A stretch of DNA of 64,000 nt. Source: Flavobacterium sp. Its GTDB lineage: Bacteria > Bacteroidota > Bacteroidia > Flavobacteriales > Flavobacteriaceae. The stretch is taken from contig NZ_JBIPLW010000009.1 of the NCBI RefSeq assembly GCF_044369455.1, forward strand, positions 4,967-68,966, read 5' to 3'. Below the pieces are notes generated by a model that worked only from the letters and a program-made list of their open reading frames with translations, had not been told where the DNA came from and made no database searches. Below, piece by piece: positions 27,654 through 36,397 of this stretch (positions are counted from its first letter, which is position 1; every line of letters begins with the position of its first letter). The position numbers and the translations under genes are program-made.

Positions 27654-28420
27654 AATGGATAATCTTCATACTATTTCTTCTTATTTCCTTCAAATCACTA
27701 GGACAAAAGCAAGTTGAGGTCTTCTTTGACTTTAATAAAGATTTTCCAAATCAAACTTCTATTTTAGAAATCAACGAATGGATTGCTAATAATAAAAATG
27801 TTGATATCATTAAGCTTTTAGGCTATTGTGACAGTATCGATACCAAAAATTATAATAAAAAATTAGCGGAAAGACGGATTGATAATGTTCAGATTTTATT
27901 AGAAAAAAGTGGGTTAAAGTTTAATAAAAATTTAGAGAAAATTGCTTTTGGGAAAGATTTTAAGCAATCTAAAATTCAATCAGAAAATAGAAAAGTAACT
28001 ATTTTTTATACGGAACCTGAACTTGTTCCCGTTGAAAGTGAACTGACCAAGAAAATAAAGAATTCCAAAGTGGGCGAAACGATTGCGTTACCCAATATTT
28101 ATTTTTTCAATAATTCAGCGCGCATTGTTCCAAAGTCACAACCTACTTTAATTGACTTACGTTGTGCTATGGAAGAAAATCCCAAACTAAAAATTGAAAT
28201 CCAAGGACATATTTGCTGTCAATTGGTGAATGATTTTAACGGGATTTCAACAGCTCGAGCCAAAACTATTTATTCCTATCTTATCAGAAACAAAATTGAT
28301 AGAACTAGAATGAAATATACTGGGTTTGGTGTATCAAGACCGATACATAAAATTCCTGAAAAAAATGAACAAGAAGAAGATGAAAATAGAAGAGTTGAAA
28401 TTTTAATTTTAGAAAAATAA
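27650..28420 (+). CDS. OmpA family protein, two OmpA-like domains (paralogue 3)
   Basis: ATGA overlap with paralogue 2. N-domain LGYCDSIDTKNYNKKLAERR..NRKVTIFY. C-domain IEIQGHICC..ISTARAKTIYSYL..ENRRVEILI. Confidence 0.8.
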   Translation: MKWIIFILFLLISFKSLGQKQVEVFFDFNKDFPNQTSILEINEWIANNKNVDIIKLLGYCDSIDTKNYNKKLAERRIDNVQILLEKSGLKFNKNLEKIAFGKDFKQSKIQSENRKVTIFYTEPELVPVESELTKKIKNSKVGETIALPNIYFFNNSARIVPKSQPTLIDLRCAMEENPKLKIEIQGHICCQLVNDFNGISTARAKTIYSYLIRNKIDRTRMKYTGFGVSRPIHKIPEKNEQEEDENRRVEILILEK

Positions 28421-28426
28421 TTCAAA

Positions 28427-28461
28427 AAATCCCAAATCTCAAATCTTGAATTTCAAATCAA
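28427..28461. repeat. Degenerate AAATCCC-type heptamer array (5 units)
   Basis: aaatccc aaatctc aaatctt gaatttc aaatcaa, the same unit as the 51100-51239 array. Confidence 0.6.
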
Positions 28462-28465
28462 ATGG

Positions 28466-28473
28466 TATCTTTG
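28466..28473 (+). promoter_or_regulatory. Candidate -7 promoter box
   Basis: TATCTTTG, 46 nt upstream of ATG 28520. Confidence 0.35.
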
Positions 28474-28519
28474 CCACTCATTCACCCTGAGCTTGTCGAA
28501 GGGCAACTAACTACTGCAC

Positions 28520-29719
28520 ATGAGTTCTGATAACAGTCAACGTTATAATCTTCGAGGAGTTTCGGCTTCTAAAGAAGATGTACACCATGCCATCAAAAAC
28601 ATTGATAAAGGATTATTCCCAAAAGCTTTCTGCAAAATTGTCCCCGATTATTTAACGAATGATGAAGACTTTTGCCTTATCATGCATGCTGATGGTGCAG
28701 GGACAAAATCGTCTTTAGCGTATTTATATTGGAAAGAAACAGGTGATATTTCGGTGTGGAAAGGCATTGCGCAAGATGCCTTGATAATGAATATCGATGA
28801 TTTGCTTTGTGTGGGTGCTACCGATAATATCCTGCTTTCATCTACCATTGGAAGAAATAAGAATTTGATTCCAGCCGAAGTAATTTCAGCCATTATCAAC
28901 GGAACTGAAGAATTAATTGCGGAACTCAAAACCTACGGTGTAACTATTCATTCTACCGGCGGCGAAACGGCTGATGTAGGCGATTTAGTAAGAACGATTA
29001 TTGTAGATTCAACTGTTACAGCCAGGATGAAAAGGGCTGATGTGATTGATAATGCTAATATAAAAGCTGGCGATGTGATTGTGGGATTGGCTTCTTTCGG
29101 TCAGGCCAATTATGAACAAAGTTATAATGGTGGTATGGGAAGCAACGGATTAACTTCTGCGCGTCATGATGTTTTTGCCAAATATCTAGCGGACAAATAT
29201 CCGGAAAGTTTCGATGCTGCTGTCCCAAATGATTTGGTTTATTCTGGAAAGGTTAAATTAACAGATGAAGTTGAAAATTCTCCCATTGATGCTGGAAAAT
29301 TGGTATTGTCACCAACGAGAACGTATGCTCCAATTATTAAAACTATTTTAGACAAGTACAGCGCAAAAGACATTCACGGTATGGTGCATTGTTCTGGCGG
29401 GGCACAAACGAAAGTATTACATTTCGTTGATAATGTGCATGTGATTAAAGACAACTTATTCTCGGTACCTCCACTTTTTAAATTAATACAAGAACAGTCA
29501 AATACTGATTGGAAAGAAATGTATCAAGTGTTTAATTGTGGTCATCGCATGGAGTTGTATGTCTCAAATGAAATCGCTCAGGACATCATCGAAATCTCAA
29601 AATCTTTTGGAGTTGACGCTCAAATTGTGGGTAGAGTAGAAGCTATAGATTCTGATATGCATCAGAATAAAACCAAAAAACTCACTATTGAAAGTGAGTT
29701 TGGGAAGTTTGAGTATTAA
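28520..29719 (+). CDS. AIR synthase-related protein (PurM-like)
   Basis: 399 aa. PurM-superfamily N-terminal ..LIMHADGAGTKS.. and C-terminal GMVHCSGGAQTKV. Confidence 0.7.
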   Translation: MSSDNSQRYNLRGVSASKEDVHHAIKNIDKGLFPKAFCKIVPDYLTNDEDFCLIMHADGAGTKSSLAYLYWKETGDISVWKGIAQDALIMNIDDLLCVGATDNILLSSTIGRNKNLIPAEVISAIINGTEELIAELKTYGVTIHSTGGETADVGDLVRTIIVDSTVTARMKRADVIDNANIKAGDVIVGLASFGQANYEQSYNGGMGSNGLTSARHDVFAKYLADKYPESFDAAVPNDLVYSGKVKLTDEVENSPIDAGKLVLSPTRTYAPIIKTILDKYSAKDIHGMVHCSGGAQTKVLHFVDNVHVIKDNLFSVPPLFKLIQEQSNTDWKEMYQVFNCGHRMELYVSNEIAQDIIEISKSFGVDAQIVGRVEAIDSDMHQNKTKKLTIESEFGKFEY

Positions 29720-30495
29720 TTAAAATTTTTTCGAAGTTCAATTATCGTTTGATTTGGTCCATCTAAGTTTACAAAACCTCTTCGCGGTCGGTCTAGGTCA
29801 TAAGTGAATAATATAACTAAAGAGACTAATAAGCAAAATCCGGTTTGTACTAACCAATCAGTTTTGCCTTTTCGTCCATCGGAATAGCCACTATAAAAGG
29901 CAGTAATCAACGCGAGTAAAAACAACATGATTAGAATGCTTTCAGGAACTTTTGCTTTTTCTCCTGATAAGCGCGAAGTCGCTACATCAATCATTGTATT
30001 TAAAGCTGGAATCATTTGTTGTGTGGCAGCAAGATTATTTGGGTCTTTGGATAGGTTACTTGCTCGTTTCCATAATCTTGCGGAAATTGTTTGAGATAAA
30101 CTATCGGCTTTTAGAATTCCTTTTACATTTGGTCCAACTTCATAGTATTGAATTCTGGCTTCAACATAGTCTTTAAAATCTTTTCGGAATAGAACTCTTT
30201 CTGTTTCTGGATATAAATCGCTACGTAAAATGGCTGTTCCAATATCATTTGCTTCTTCCACCACAATAGTTCTCCTAGAATCATAACGGTTACCACTCAT
30301 ACCAAAGGTAAATGCTAATAAGAAAAAAAGTAATGCAGTTAGTCCTGAAGTTTCTGTTAAATTTTGTGTTGATTTATTGTTCGATCGAATTTTGTTTCCA
30401 ATTATTTTTCCAACCATCGTGGCAATAATCATTAATATAAATAGGATTGAGGCAATTACCCACGCTTCAGTTTGAATAAGTAAATCAGTTTTCAT
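29716..30495 (-). CDS. Membrane protein, DUF4239-like
   Basis: 259 aa with TM segments at both ends. C-terminal YDLDRPRRGFVNL resembles DUF4239 proteins. Confidence 0.45.
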   Translation of the reverse strand: MKTDLLIQTEAWVIASILFILMIIATMVGKIIGNKIRSNNKSTQNLTETSGLTALLFFLLAFTFGMSGNRYDSRRTIVVEEANDIGTAILRSDLYPETERVLFRKDFKDYVEARIQYYEVGPNVKGILKADSLSQTISARLWKRASNLSKDPNNLAATQQMIPALNTMIDVATSRLSGEKAKVPESILIMLFLLALITAFYSGYSDGRKGKTDWLVQTGFCLLVSLVILFTYDLDRPRRGFVNLDGPNQTIIELRKNFN

Positions 30496-30611
30496 GTTTA
30501 TTTTATTATAATTAATGTAGAAGATGATTTGGACTAGTGTCGAAGGTATGAAAATTTGAATTATATTTTAAAAACTTTACGACCTTTGTATCAAATATTA
30601 AATAAATAAAA

Positions 30612-31040
30612 ATGATTATCAACCTTAAAAATGGAATAGAGCAATTGCTTTTTGGCATGAAACAAACTCATGTGGAATCAATCTATGGGAAACCAGATAA
30701 GCAATATAAAGATGAAGAAGGAAATGTTATTTGTTTGTTTAATAAACAAAAATGGAGTTTAACTTTTTATGAAGAAGAGGATTTTCGATTGGGATATATT
30801 ATTTGTTCCCATTCGGATGCTACGATTTTGGACAAAAAAGTCATCGGTAAAAATATAGAAAGCATTAAAGCCGAATTACCTTTTAAATCCTGGACAAAAG
30901 AAGATTTTGATACAACAGAAAATCACTTCAACGAAAGTAATTGGTTAATTCTACAATCTGAATTCAATGATATCATTAGGGTTGAAATAGGTGCGATTAT
31001 CAACGAAAAAGATGAATTTAATTGGAAGTTTAAAAGTTAG
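30612..31040 (+). CDS. Hypothetical cytoplasmic protein
   Basis: 142-aa ORF with no signal peptide and no recognised domain, followed by a strong hairpin. Confidence 0.55.
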   Translation: MIINLKNGIEQLLFGMKQTHVESIYGKPDKQYKDEEGNVICLFNKQKWSLTFYEEEDFRLGYIICSHSDATILDKKVIGKNIESIKAELPFKSWTKEDFDTTENHFNESNWLILQSEFNDIIRVEIGAIINEKDEFNWKFKS

Positions 31041-31046
31041 TTTTAT

Positions 31047-31152
31047 CACGTCACTTCGAGTGTTTCGCCGCAATCGAAATGTATCGAGATGTTTAGTAGT
31101 TCTCGATACATTTTTTGCTTCGTTTTACTTCACAAAAAATACGAACTGACGG
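31047..31152. repeat. Mosaic intergenic repeat element (same family as 62653-62764)
   Basis: cgtcacttcgagtgt (31049-31063) is the exact reverse complement of 62702-62716. atgtatcgaga (31079-31089) equals 62750-62760. tctcgatacat (31101-31111) equals 62678-62688. Both elements end in ..aactgacg. Confidence 0.8.
31077..31116 (+). terminator. Rho-independent terminator (hairpin is part of the repeat element)
   Basis: AAATGTATCGAGA-tgtttagtagt-TCTCGATACATTT: a perfect 13-bp stem running into a T-tract, 37 nt after stop 31040. Confidence 0.65.
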
Positions 31153-31157
31153 AAGTA

Positions 31158-31439
31158 TTACACTATTTCCGCACTCAAACCAGCTTCCAAAAGTTGCATA
31201 CATTGTGGTTTAAGTTCGTCAAAACTTCCCGTTTTCACAGTACATTTCCCTTTATAATGAACTAATATAGCGCATTGTTCTGCTTGTTCAGCCGTGTGTT
31301 TGCAAACACGAATTAGCGTGTCAATCACGTGATCAAACGTATTGACATCATCATTATATAATATGATTTCGTTGTTAATACCAACTTGATCTTCGACTAA
31401 AACGTCTTCCTGTACTTTTTCGATGGTGCTCATTTTCAT
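31158..31439 (-). CDS. clpS: ATP-dependent Clp protease adaptor ClpS
   Basis: 93 aa with ILYNDDVNTFDHVI..L..VC.HT..QAEQCA..VH.KG. Confidence 0.9.
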   Translation of the reverse strand: MKMSTIEKVQEDVLVEDQVGINNEIILYNDDVNTFDHVIDTLIRVCKHTAEQAEQCAILVHYKGKCTVKTGSFDELKPQCMQLLEAGLSAEIV

Positions 31440-31467
31440 TTCGTTTTACTTTATGCAAAATTTTCAG

Positions 31468-32304
31468 TTACAAATTTACATATTTAAGCGAAGTCCAATT
31501 ATTTCTTTCTATTTTTTTAACAAAAGTTAGCCCTTTTTCAGTGCATGAAGCATCGATATATGGAATGTCTTCTGTATAAAATCCGCTCAATAATAATGTT
31601 CCTTTTTTGTTTAAACAATCTACATAATGTTGCATATCGTTCAACAAAATATTGCGATTAATATTGGCTATAATTAGGTCATATTTTTTGCCTTTCAGCA
31701 AAGCTGCATCGCCTTCATAAACTGTAATTTCGTTACAGTTATTTCGTTCCGAATTTTCGATGGAATTTAAATAACACCAATTGTCAATGTCAATAGCATC
31801 AATTGGTTTGGCACCTTTTATTTCGGCAAGAATAGCCAAAATTGCAGTACCACAACCCATGTCTAAGGTTTTCATATTGGTTACATCAGTTTCTAGAAGA
31901 TGTTGAATCATCATATGAGTAGTTTCATGATGACCTGTTCCGAAGCTCATTTTGGGCTCGATGACAATATCAAATTCAGCAGTTGTTTTTGGGTGGAAAG
32001 AAGCTCGTACGTGACATTTTCCATCTACGTCGATGGCTTCGAAGTTTTTTTCCCAATCTTCATTCCAATTGACTTGGTCAATCTCTTCGATTGTATAGGA
32101 AATAATGAACTCAGGAGAATGTAACAAATAAATATCATCTAATATATTTTTAGTGCAAAGGTCTTTTTGAATATAGGCACTGAATCCGTTATCGGTTTCA
32201 ATAAAACTTTCAAATGGTTTTTCGCCAAGTTCTGCGATTAAAATTTCTGAACCTAGTTCTTTTGGTTCAACTGAAAAATGATACCCTAAATATACGTTTG
32301 ACAT
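31468..32304 (-). CDS. prmA: Ribosomal protein L11 methyltransferase
   Basis: 278 aa. SAM motif LDMGCGTAILAI and FGTGHHETT. Confidence 0.9.
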   Translation of the reverse strand: MSNVYLGYHFSVEPKELGSEILIAELGEKPFESFIETDNGFSAYIQKDLCTKNILDDIYLLHSPEFIISYTIEEIDQVNWNEDWEKNFEAIDVDGKCHVRASFHPKTTAEFDIVIEPKMSFGTGHHETTHMMIQHLLETDVTNMKTLDMGCGTAILAILAEIKGAKPIDAIDIDNWCYLNSIENSERNNCNEITVYEGDAALLKGKKYDLIIANINRNILLNDMQHYVDCLNKKGTLLLSGFYTEDIPYIDASCTEKGLTFVKKIERNNWTSLKYVNL

Positions 32305-32352
32305 TATTGTTTTTTTTTACTTTGTACATTCGACCTTATGTGGTCTCGGGTG

Positions 32353-32360
32353 CAAAGGTA
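32353..32360 (-). promoter_or_regulatory. Candidate -7 promoter box for prmA-clpS
   Basis: Minus-strand TACCTTTG, 48 nt upstream of ATG 32304. Confidence 0.4.
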
Positions 32361-32399
32361 ACAATCGGCTGTATCACTTTCGAATCATTTCAACAAAAA

Positions 32400-32870
32400 T
32401 TAATCGTCTGTCTTGACTACAGTTTTTAAGCTGGCGTTAGGAAGCGCATCTGGAACTACAGAAAAAATCATAAGTTTACTGTAACGTTTGTTTTCAGCAT
32501 CATATAAATAGGTAATCGTATTTTCTTTTGGATTATAAATAAGTTTAGCTCTCATGAATTTGGAACGAATATACCAAGTTCCTTCAGTTTCACTGGTTTG
32601 AGAGAATTCTGTTATTGAACCATGGTGTAGTCTCACTTGACCATTGTCAATCATACTGATGGCAATGTAGCCGTTTGTTTTTGAACCAATTTCTCGAATA
32701 TCAACTACTGAGTTTTCATATTCAGTTTCTTTCAATTCATATTTTTCAAATTCAGTGTTCCAAACGTAATATTTTCTTGAGTCCGATTGAAATCGTTTCT
32801 GTGTATCAATTTGTGCTTTCATGTTCAATGAAAAAATAAGCACAAGAATTAGGACGAATCTTGTTTTCAT
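32400..32870 (-). CDS. Hypothetical secreted protein
   Basis: 156 aa with signal peptide MKTRFVLILVLIFSLNMKAQ. Confidence 0.6.
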   Translation of the reverse strand: MKTRFVLILVLIFSLNMKAQIDTQKRFQSDSRKYYVWNTEFEKYELKETEYENSVVDIREIGSKTNGYIAISMIDNGQVRLHHGSITEFSQTSETEGTWYIRSKFMRAKLIYNPKENTITYLYDAENKRYSKLMIFSVVPDALPNASLKTVVKTDD

Positions 32871-33012
32871 TTGTTTTGACTTTATTGTAACGTAAAATAA
32901 AATAATACTTCGATTAAAAGCAAATAAAATCGATAAAATGCAATTAAATTTTAAAAAAATAAAAAAAATCTTTCAAATTAATGAAAGGTTAGTATAAAAA
33001 TATTTGTATATT

Positions 33013-33765
33013 TTAAATAGAGTTAACTATAGCTGCAAAATCGGCTGCTTTAAGTGCGGCACCACCAATTAATCCTCCATCCACATCAGGTTTTGAGAAA
33101 ATTTCTTTTGCATTGTCGGGTTTTACGCTGCCACCGTAAAGTATAGAAACATCTTCGGCAACAATACTTCCAAAAGTATGTCTAACGGTTTCTCTAATAA
33201 ATTTATGCATTTCTTGAGCTTGTTCAGGAGAAGCGGTTTCTCCAGTTCCTATAGCCCAAACAGGTTCATAAGCTAAAACTATTTGTTCCCAGTCTTTATC
33301 TTTAATGTGAAACAAACCATCACGAAGTTGATTTTCTACCACATTAAAGTGTTGATTATTTTGTCGATCTTTTAATTCTTCTCCAAAACAAAAGATCACA
33401 GTCATATTATGTTTTAATGCTGTAGTTACTTTATCAGATAAAATAAAATCAGTTTCATTAAAATAGGCACGACGTTCAGAATGTCCAATTAATACCGTAT
33501 TTACGCCTATACTTTTTAACATATCGGCAGAAATTTCACCAGTATACGCGCCATTTTCAAATTGACTCATATTTTGAGCTGCTACTCCAATATTGGTAAA
33601 TTCTAAGTGGTCAACTGCAGAGGCAAGATTGACAAATGTTGGGGCTACAATTATTTGAGCTTCAATGTCATGTGGCAATACGTTTATGAGTTCATTTAAT
33701 AAATCTTCTGTTTCTTCTGCATTTTTATGCATTTTCCAATTGCCCGCAACAATCTTTTGTCTCAT
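33013..33765 (-). CDS. tpiA: Triosephosphate isomerase
   Basis: 250 aa with AGNWKMH, IGHSERR and AYEPVWAIGTG. Confidence 0.95.
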   Translation of the reverse strand: MRQKIVAGNWKMHKNAEETEDLLNELINVLPHDIEAQIIVAPTFVNLASAVDHLEFTNIGVAAQNMSQFENGAYTGEISADMLKSIGVNTVLIGHSERRAYFNETDFILSDKVTTALKHNMTVIFCFGEELKDRQNNQHFNVVENQLRDGLFHIKDKDWEQIVLAYEPVWAIGTGETASPEQAQEMHKFIRETVRHTFGSIVAEDVSILYGGSVKPDNAKEIFSKPDVDGGLIGGAALKAADFAAIVNSI

Positions 33766-34262
33766 TATTTTAATTTTTTTAATTGCTCATTTATTTTGTC
33801 AAAGTCAGTTTCTATTGCTCTGTAAATTTGAACCTTTCCTTTTTTATCGATAACAATATATCTCGGAATCCAATCTACATCTATTGATTTTCCAAATTCG
33901 CCTTTCATACCGTCGGTTGCCCAATAATGATCGCCTTTTAATTCGTGTTTTTCAATTCCAGCCTGCCATTTATCAAAGGCCTTATCCATTGATATGAAAA
34001 TATAATTCACATCTGGATTATTGGATTGCATCTCTTTTACTTTTGGCATAGCTTTTACACAATCGCTGCACCAAGAAGCCCAAACTTCAATTACTAAAAC
34101 TTTACCAGCGTGTTTTTTTAAGATTCTTTCAAATGATATTTCACTGGTATCTAAAGCAATTAATTTTTTAGATAAACTTTCTTTTGAGAATTCTTTATTT
34201 TGAGCATTTGTGCATCCTAAAGAGACTATACTCGTTATCAAGAAAAAAAATATTTTTTTCAT
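33765..34262 (-). CDS. TlpA-family thiol:disulfide oxidoreductase lipoprotein
   Basis: Trimmed to MKKIFFFLITSIVSLGC (lipobox). Thioredoxin CxxC WASWCSDC. The stop overlaps the tpiA ATG by 1 nt. The alternative start at 34295 would give an ATGA overlap with the upstream ORF. Confidence 0.75.
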   Translation of the reverse strand: MKKIFFFLITSIVSLGCTNAQNKEFSKESLSKKLIALDTSEISFERILKKHAGKVLVIEVWASWCSDCVKAMPKVKEMQSNNPDVNYIFISMDKAFDKWQAGIEKHELKGDHYWATDGMKGEFGKSIDVDWIPRYIVIDKKGKVQIYRAIETDFDKINEQLKKLK

Positions 34263-34291
34263 AATTATATAAATGGTTGATTTATTTAAAA

Positions 34292-34606
34292 TCATTTACT
34301 CAGATTATTTTTTGTCCTAGACTTCTTTAAGTACAATACTTTATGCTTTCTTCTTTTACGTTCTTTATATTCTTTTTTCTGTTTATGATCGTATAAATAT
34401 TTCAAAATTACCAAAATACCCAATATTGATCCAATACTAATAGTACTGCCTAATAAAATATATACGGTATTTCCTAAAGGAGGTTTTTCCATTATTGATA
34501 CATAATTCAAAACAAAGAAATATCCAAAAGCGAAAAGAATGATGCAACAAATGATTCCAATTAGTCCTCGTTGTTTTACCGACTTAGACATAAAATATTT
34601 TATCAT
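34292..34606 (-). CDS. Small two-TM membrane protein with basic tail
   Basis: 104 aa with two hydrophobic helices, then KKEYKERKRRKHK. No known domain. Confidence 0.5.
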   Translation of the reverse strand: MIKYFMSKSVKQRGLIGIICCIILFAFGYFFVLNYVSIMEKPPLGNTVYILLGSTISIGSILGILVILKYLYDHKQKKEYKERKRRKHKVLYLKKSRTKNNLSK

Positions 34607-34661
34607 AATCTAAATTTTAAAGATTTAAATATACTAAAAAGATATTCAAAATAGTGTAATT

Positions 34662-35753
34662 TTATTTTTTTAACTCGGAGTAGGATTTGTTTATTAATTT
34701 TTGGTAATCTTGAACATCAAATTTATTATCGGTAATACCCCAATAGTATTTGTACTCATTACCGTTCCAAAGATATTTTACTCCAGGAGTATCTTTTCCA
34801 GAACCCAGAACTTTCCAAAAAGGAATGACTTCGATGACTTTATAAGGATATTCAGCTCCAGCTTCTTTGAAAAAATCTGGTATTAAATCGGCTTCTTCAT
34901 TCATAAAGACGATTGAAATTTCAGGAAAATTTTTATTGGTCTTTTTCAATGCCGTTAGTTCTTTTGCCGCAACTCGACAGTGATCACAACCAGGCACAAA
35001 GAAACAAAGTGTTTTTCTACCATTGTCTAGTTTAGAAAAATACTGTGCATATCCTGATTTCTTTTTAGAAGGTTCATTAAGTTCCACTAAAAGTTCTTCT
35101 TTTTTAACTTCAACTTTTTTTACACTATCTTTAACTAGAACGGGATTCACTTCAACTTTTGTACTATCTACAACCAAAGAGTCAATAGTTGTTTCATTTG
35201 GTTCAGAAATACTGAATTTACTCTCGACAGGTTGCATAGGTGCAATCATAAACATCGCTAAAATTGAAGCAAACGTAACAGTAGTTAAAACCCAAAAGTT
35301 TCCTTTTTTTTCATTGGATTTTGGTAAGATAATGTAAAGCCAACCTAATAAAAGTAGTGCCGCCACGTTTTTGATAATTGCTTCTATTGGTGTCATTGGC
35401 AACAGGCTACCAAAGCATCCGCAGTTTCCTGAGTTGCCACCACTAACAAAAGTTACAATGGTTAAATGTGTTGTAAATACAGCTAACAATAAGACTGTAG
35501 CTGGAATAACAACACTACGTAGAAAGTTTTTTTGCAAGATTAATAACCCTAGAGCAAATTCAATTCCAATAAGAATTCGAGAAAAATAAGGAGCAAAACT
35601 TTCGCTGAACCCCATTGGATAAAGTTGTTTTACTTCAAAAGTAGATATCGCAAAATAGGGAGATGGATACAGTTTAGCAACTGCAGAAAGCAAGAATAAA
35701 AATGAAATTACAAATCGAATTCCCCACGATAATGTGTTTTTTGATAGTGTCAT
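34662..35753 (-). CDS. DoxX/MauE-like membrane domain fused to a thioredoxin-fold domain (BT_3928-like family)
   Basis: 363 aa. N-terminal polytopic part with GNCGCFG, and a C-terminal soluble part with a CxxC (FFVPGCDHCRVAAKEL). Confidence 0.65.
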   Translation of the reverse strand: MTLSKNTLSWGIRFVISFLFLLSAVAKLYPSPYFAISTFEVKQLYPMGFSESFAPYFSRILIGIEFALGLLILQKNFLRSVVIPATVLLLAVFTTHLTIVTFVSGGNSGNCGCFGSLLPMTPIEAIIKNVAALLLLGWLYIILPKSNEKKGNFWVLTTVTFASILAMFMIAPMQPVESKFSISEPNETTIDSLVVDSTKVEVNPVLVKDSVKKVEVKKEELLVELNEPSKKKSGYAQYFSKLDNGRKTLCFFVPGCDHCRVAAKELTALKKTNKNFPEISIVFMNEEADLIPDFFKEAGAEYPYKVIEVIPFWKVLGSGKDTPGVKYLWNGNEYKYYWGITDNKFDVQDYQKLINKSYSELKK

Positions 35754-35763
35754 TGATTATTTT

Positions 35764-36306
35764 TTATTGTCCGAAGTTCATTAAAATTAAAGCAAAAACA
35801 GCGTAATTAATCATATCTTGATAGTTAGCGTCAATACCTTCCGATACCAGAGTTTTTCCTTTATTGTCTTCAATTTGTTTTACACGAAGTAACTTTTGTA
35901 GAATTAAGTCGGTTAGCGAACTCACACGCATTTCACGCCAAGCTTCACCATAATCGTGGTTTTTGTCTTCCATTAATTTTTTGGTTATCGCAATTTTTTC
36001 ATCATACAATTGTACCGCTTTTACTGCATCTAAATCAGGTTGATCAACAACACCTAAATCCAATTGAATTAAAGCCATAATAGAATAATTAATAATTCCG
36101 ATAAATTCACCTGTTTCATCTTCCTCAACTTTACGAACTTTGTTTTGTTGTAAACTTCTAATTCTTTGAGCTTTGATGAATATTTGGTCGGTTAATGATG
36201 GTAATCTCAAGATTCTCCATGCACTTCCATAATCTTTCATTTTGTTGGCATAAAGTTGTCGGCATATAGCGATAACCTTGTCATATTCTTGAGAAGTATT
36301 ACTCAT
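35764..36306 (-). CDS. DUF1599 domain protein (tandem internal duplication)
   Basis: Trimmed to MSNTSQEYDK... Two homologous halves: KDYGSAWRILRLPSLTDQIFIKAQRIRSL and HDYGEAWREMRVSSLTDLILQKLLRVKQI. Confidence 0.75.
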   Translation of the reverse strand: MSNTSQEYDKVIAICRQLYANKMKDYGSAWRILRLPSLTDQIFIKAQRIRSLQQNKVRKVEEDETGEFIGIINYSIMALIQLDLGVVDQPDLDAVKAVQLYDEKIAITKKLMEDKNHDYGEAWREMRVSSLTDLILQKLLRVKQIEDNKGKTLVSEGIDANYQDMINYAVFALILMNFGQ

Positions 36307-36397
36307 TTCAGTGTATCTTTGTATCAAATTTGGCCAAAAGTAACGAATAAAGATTGAAGTACAAAGCACTAAAACTTATAACTATCTTAAAAAAACA

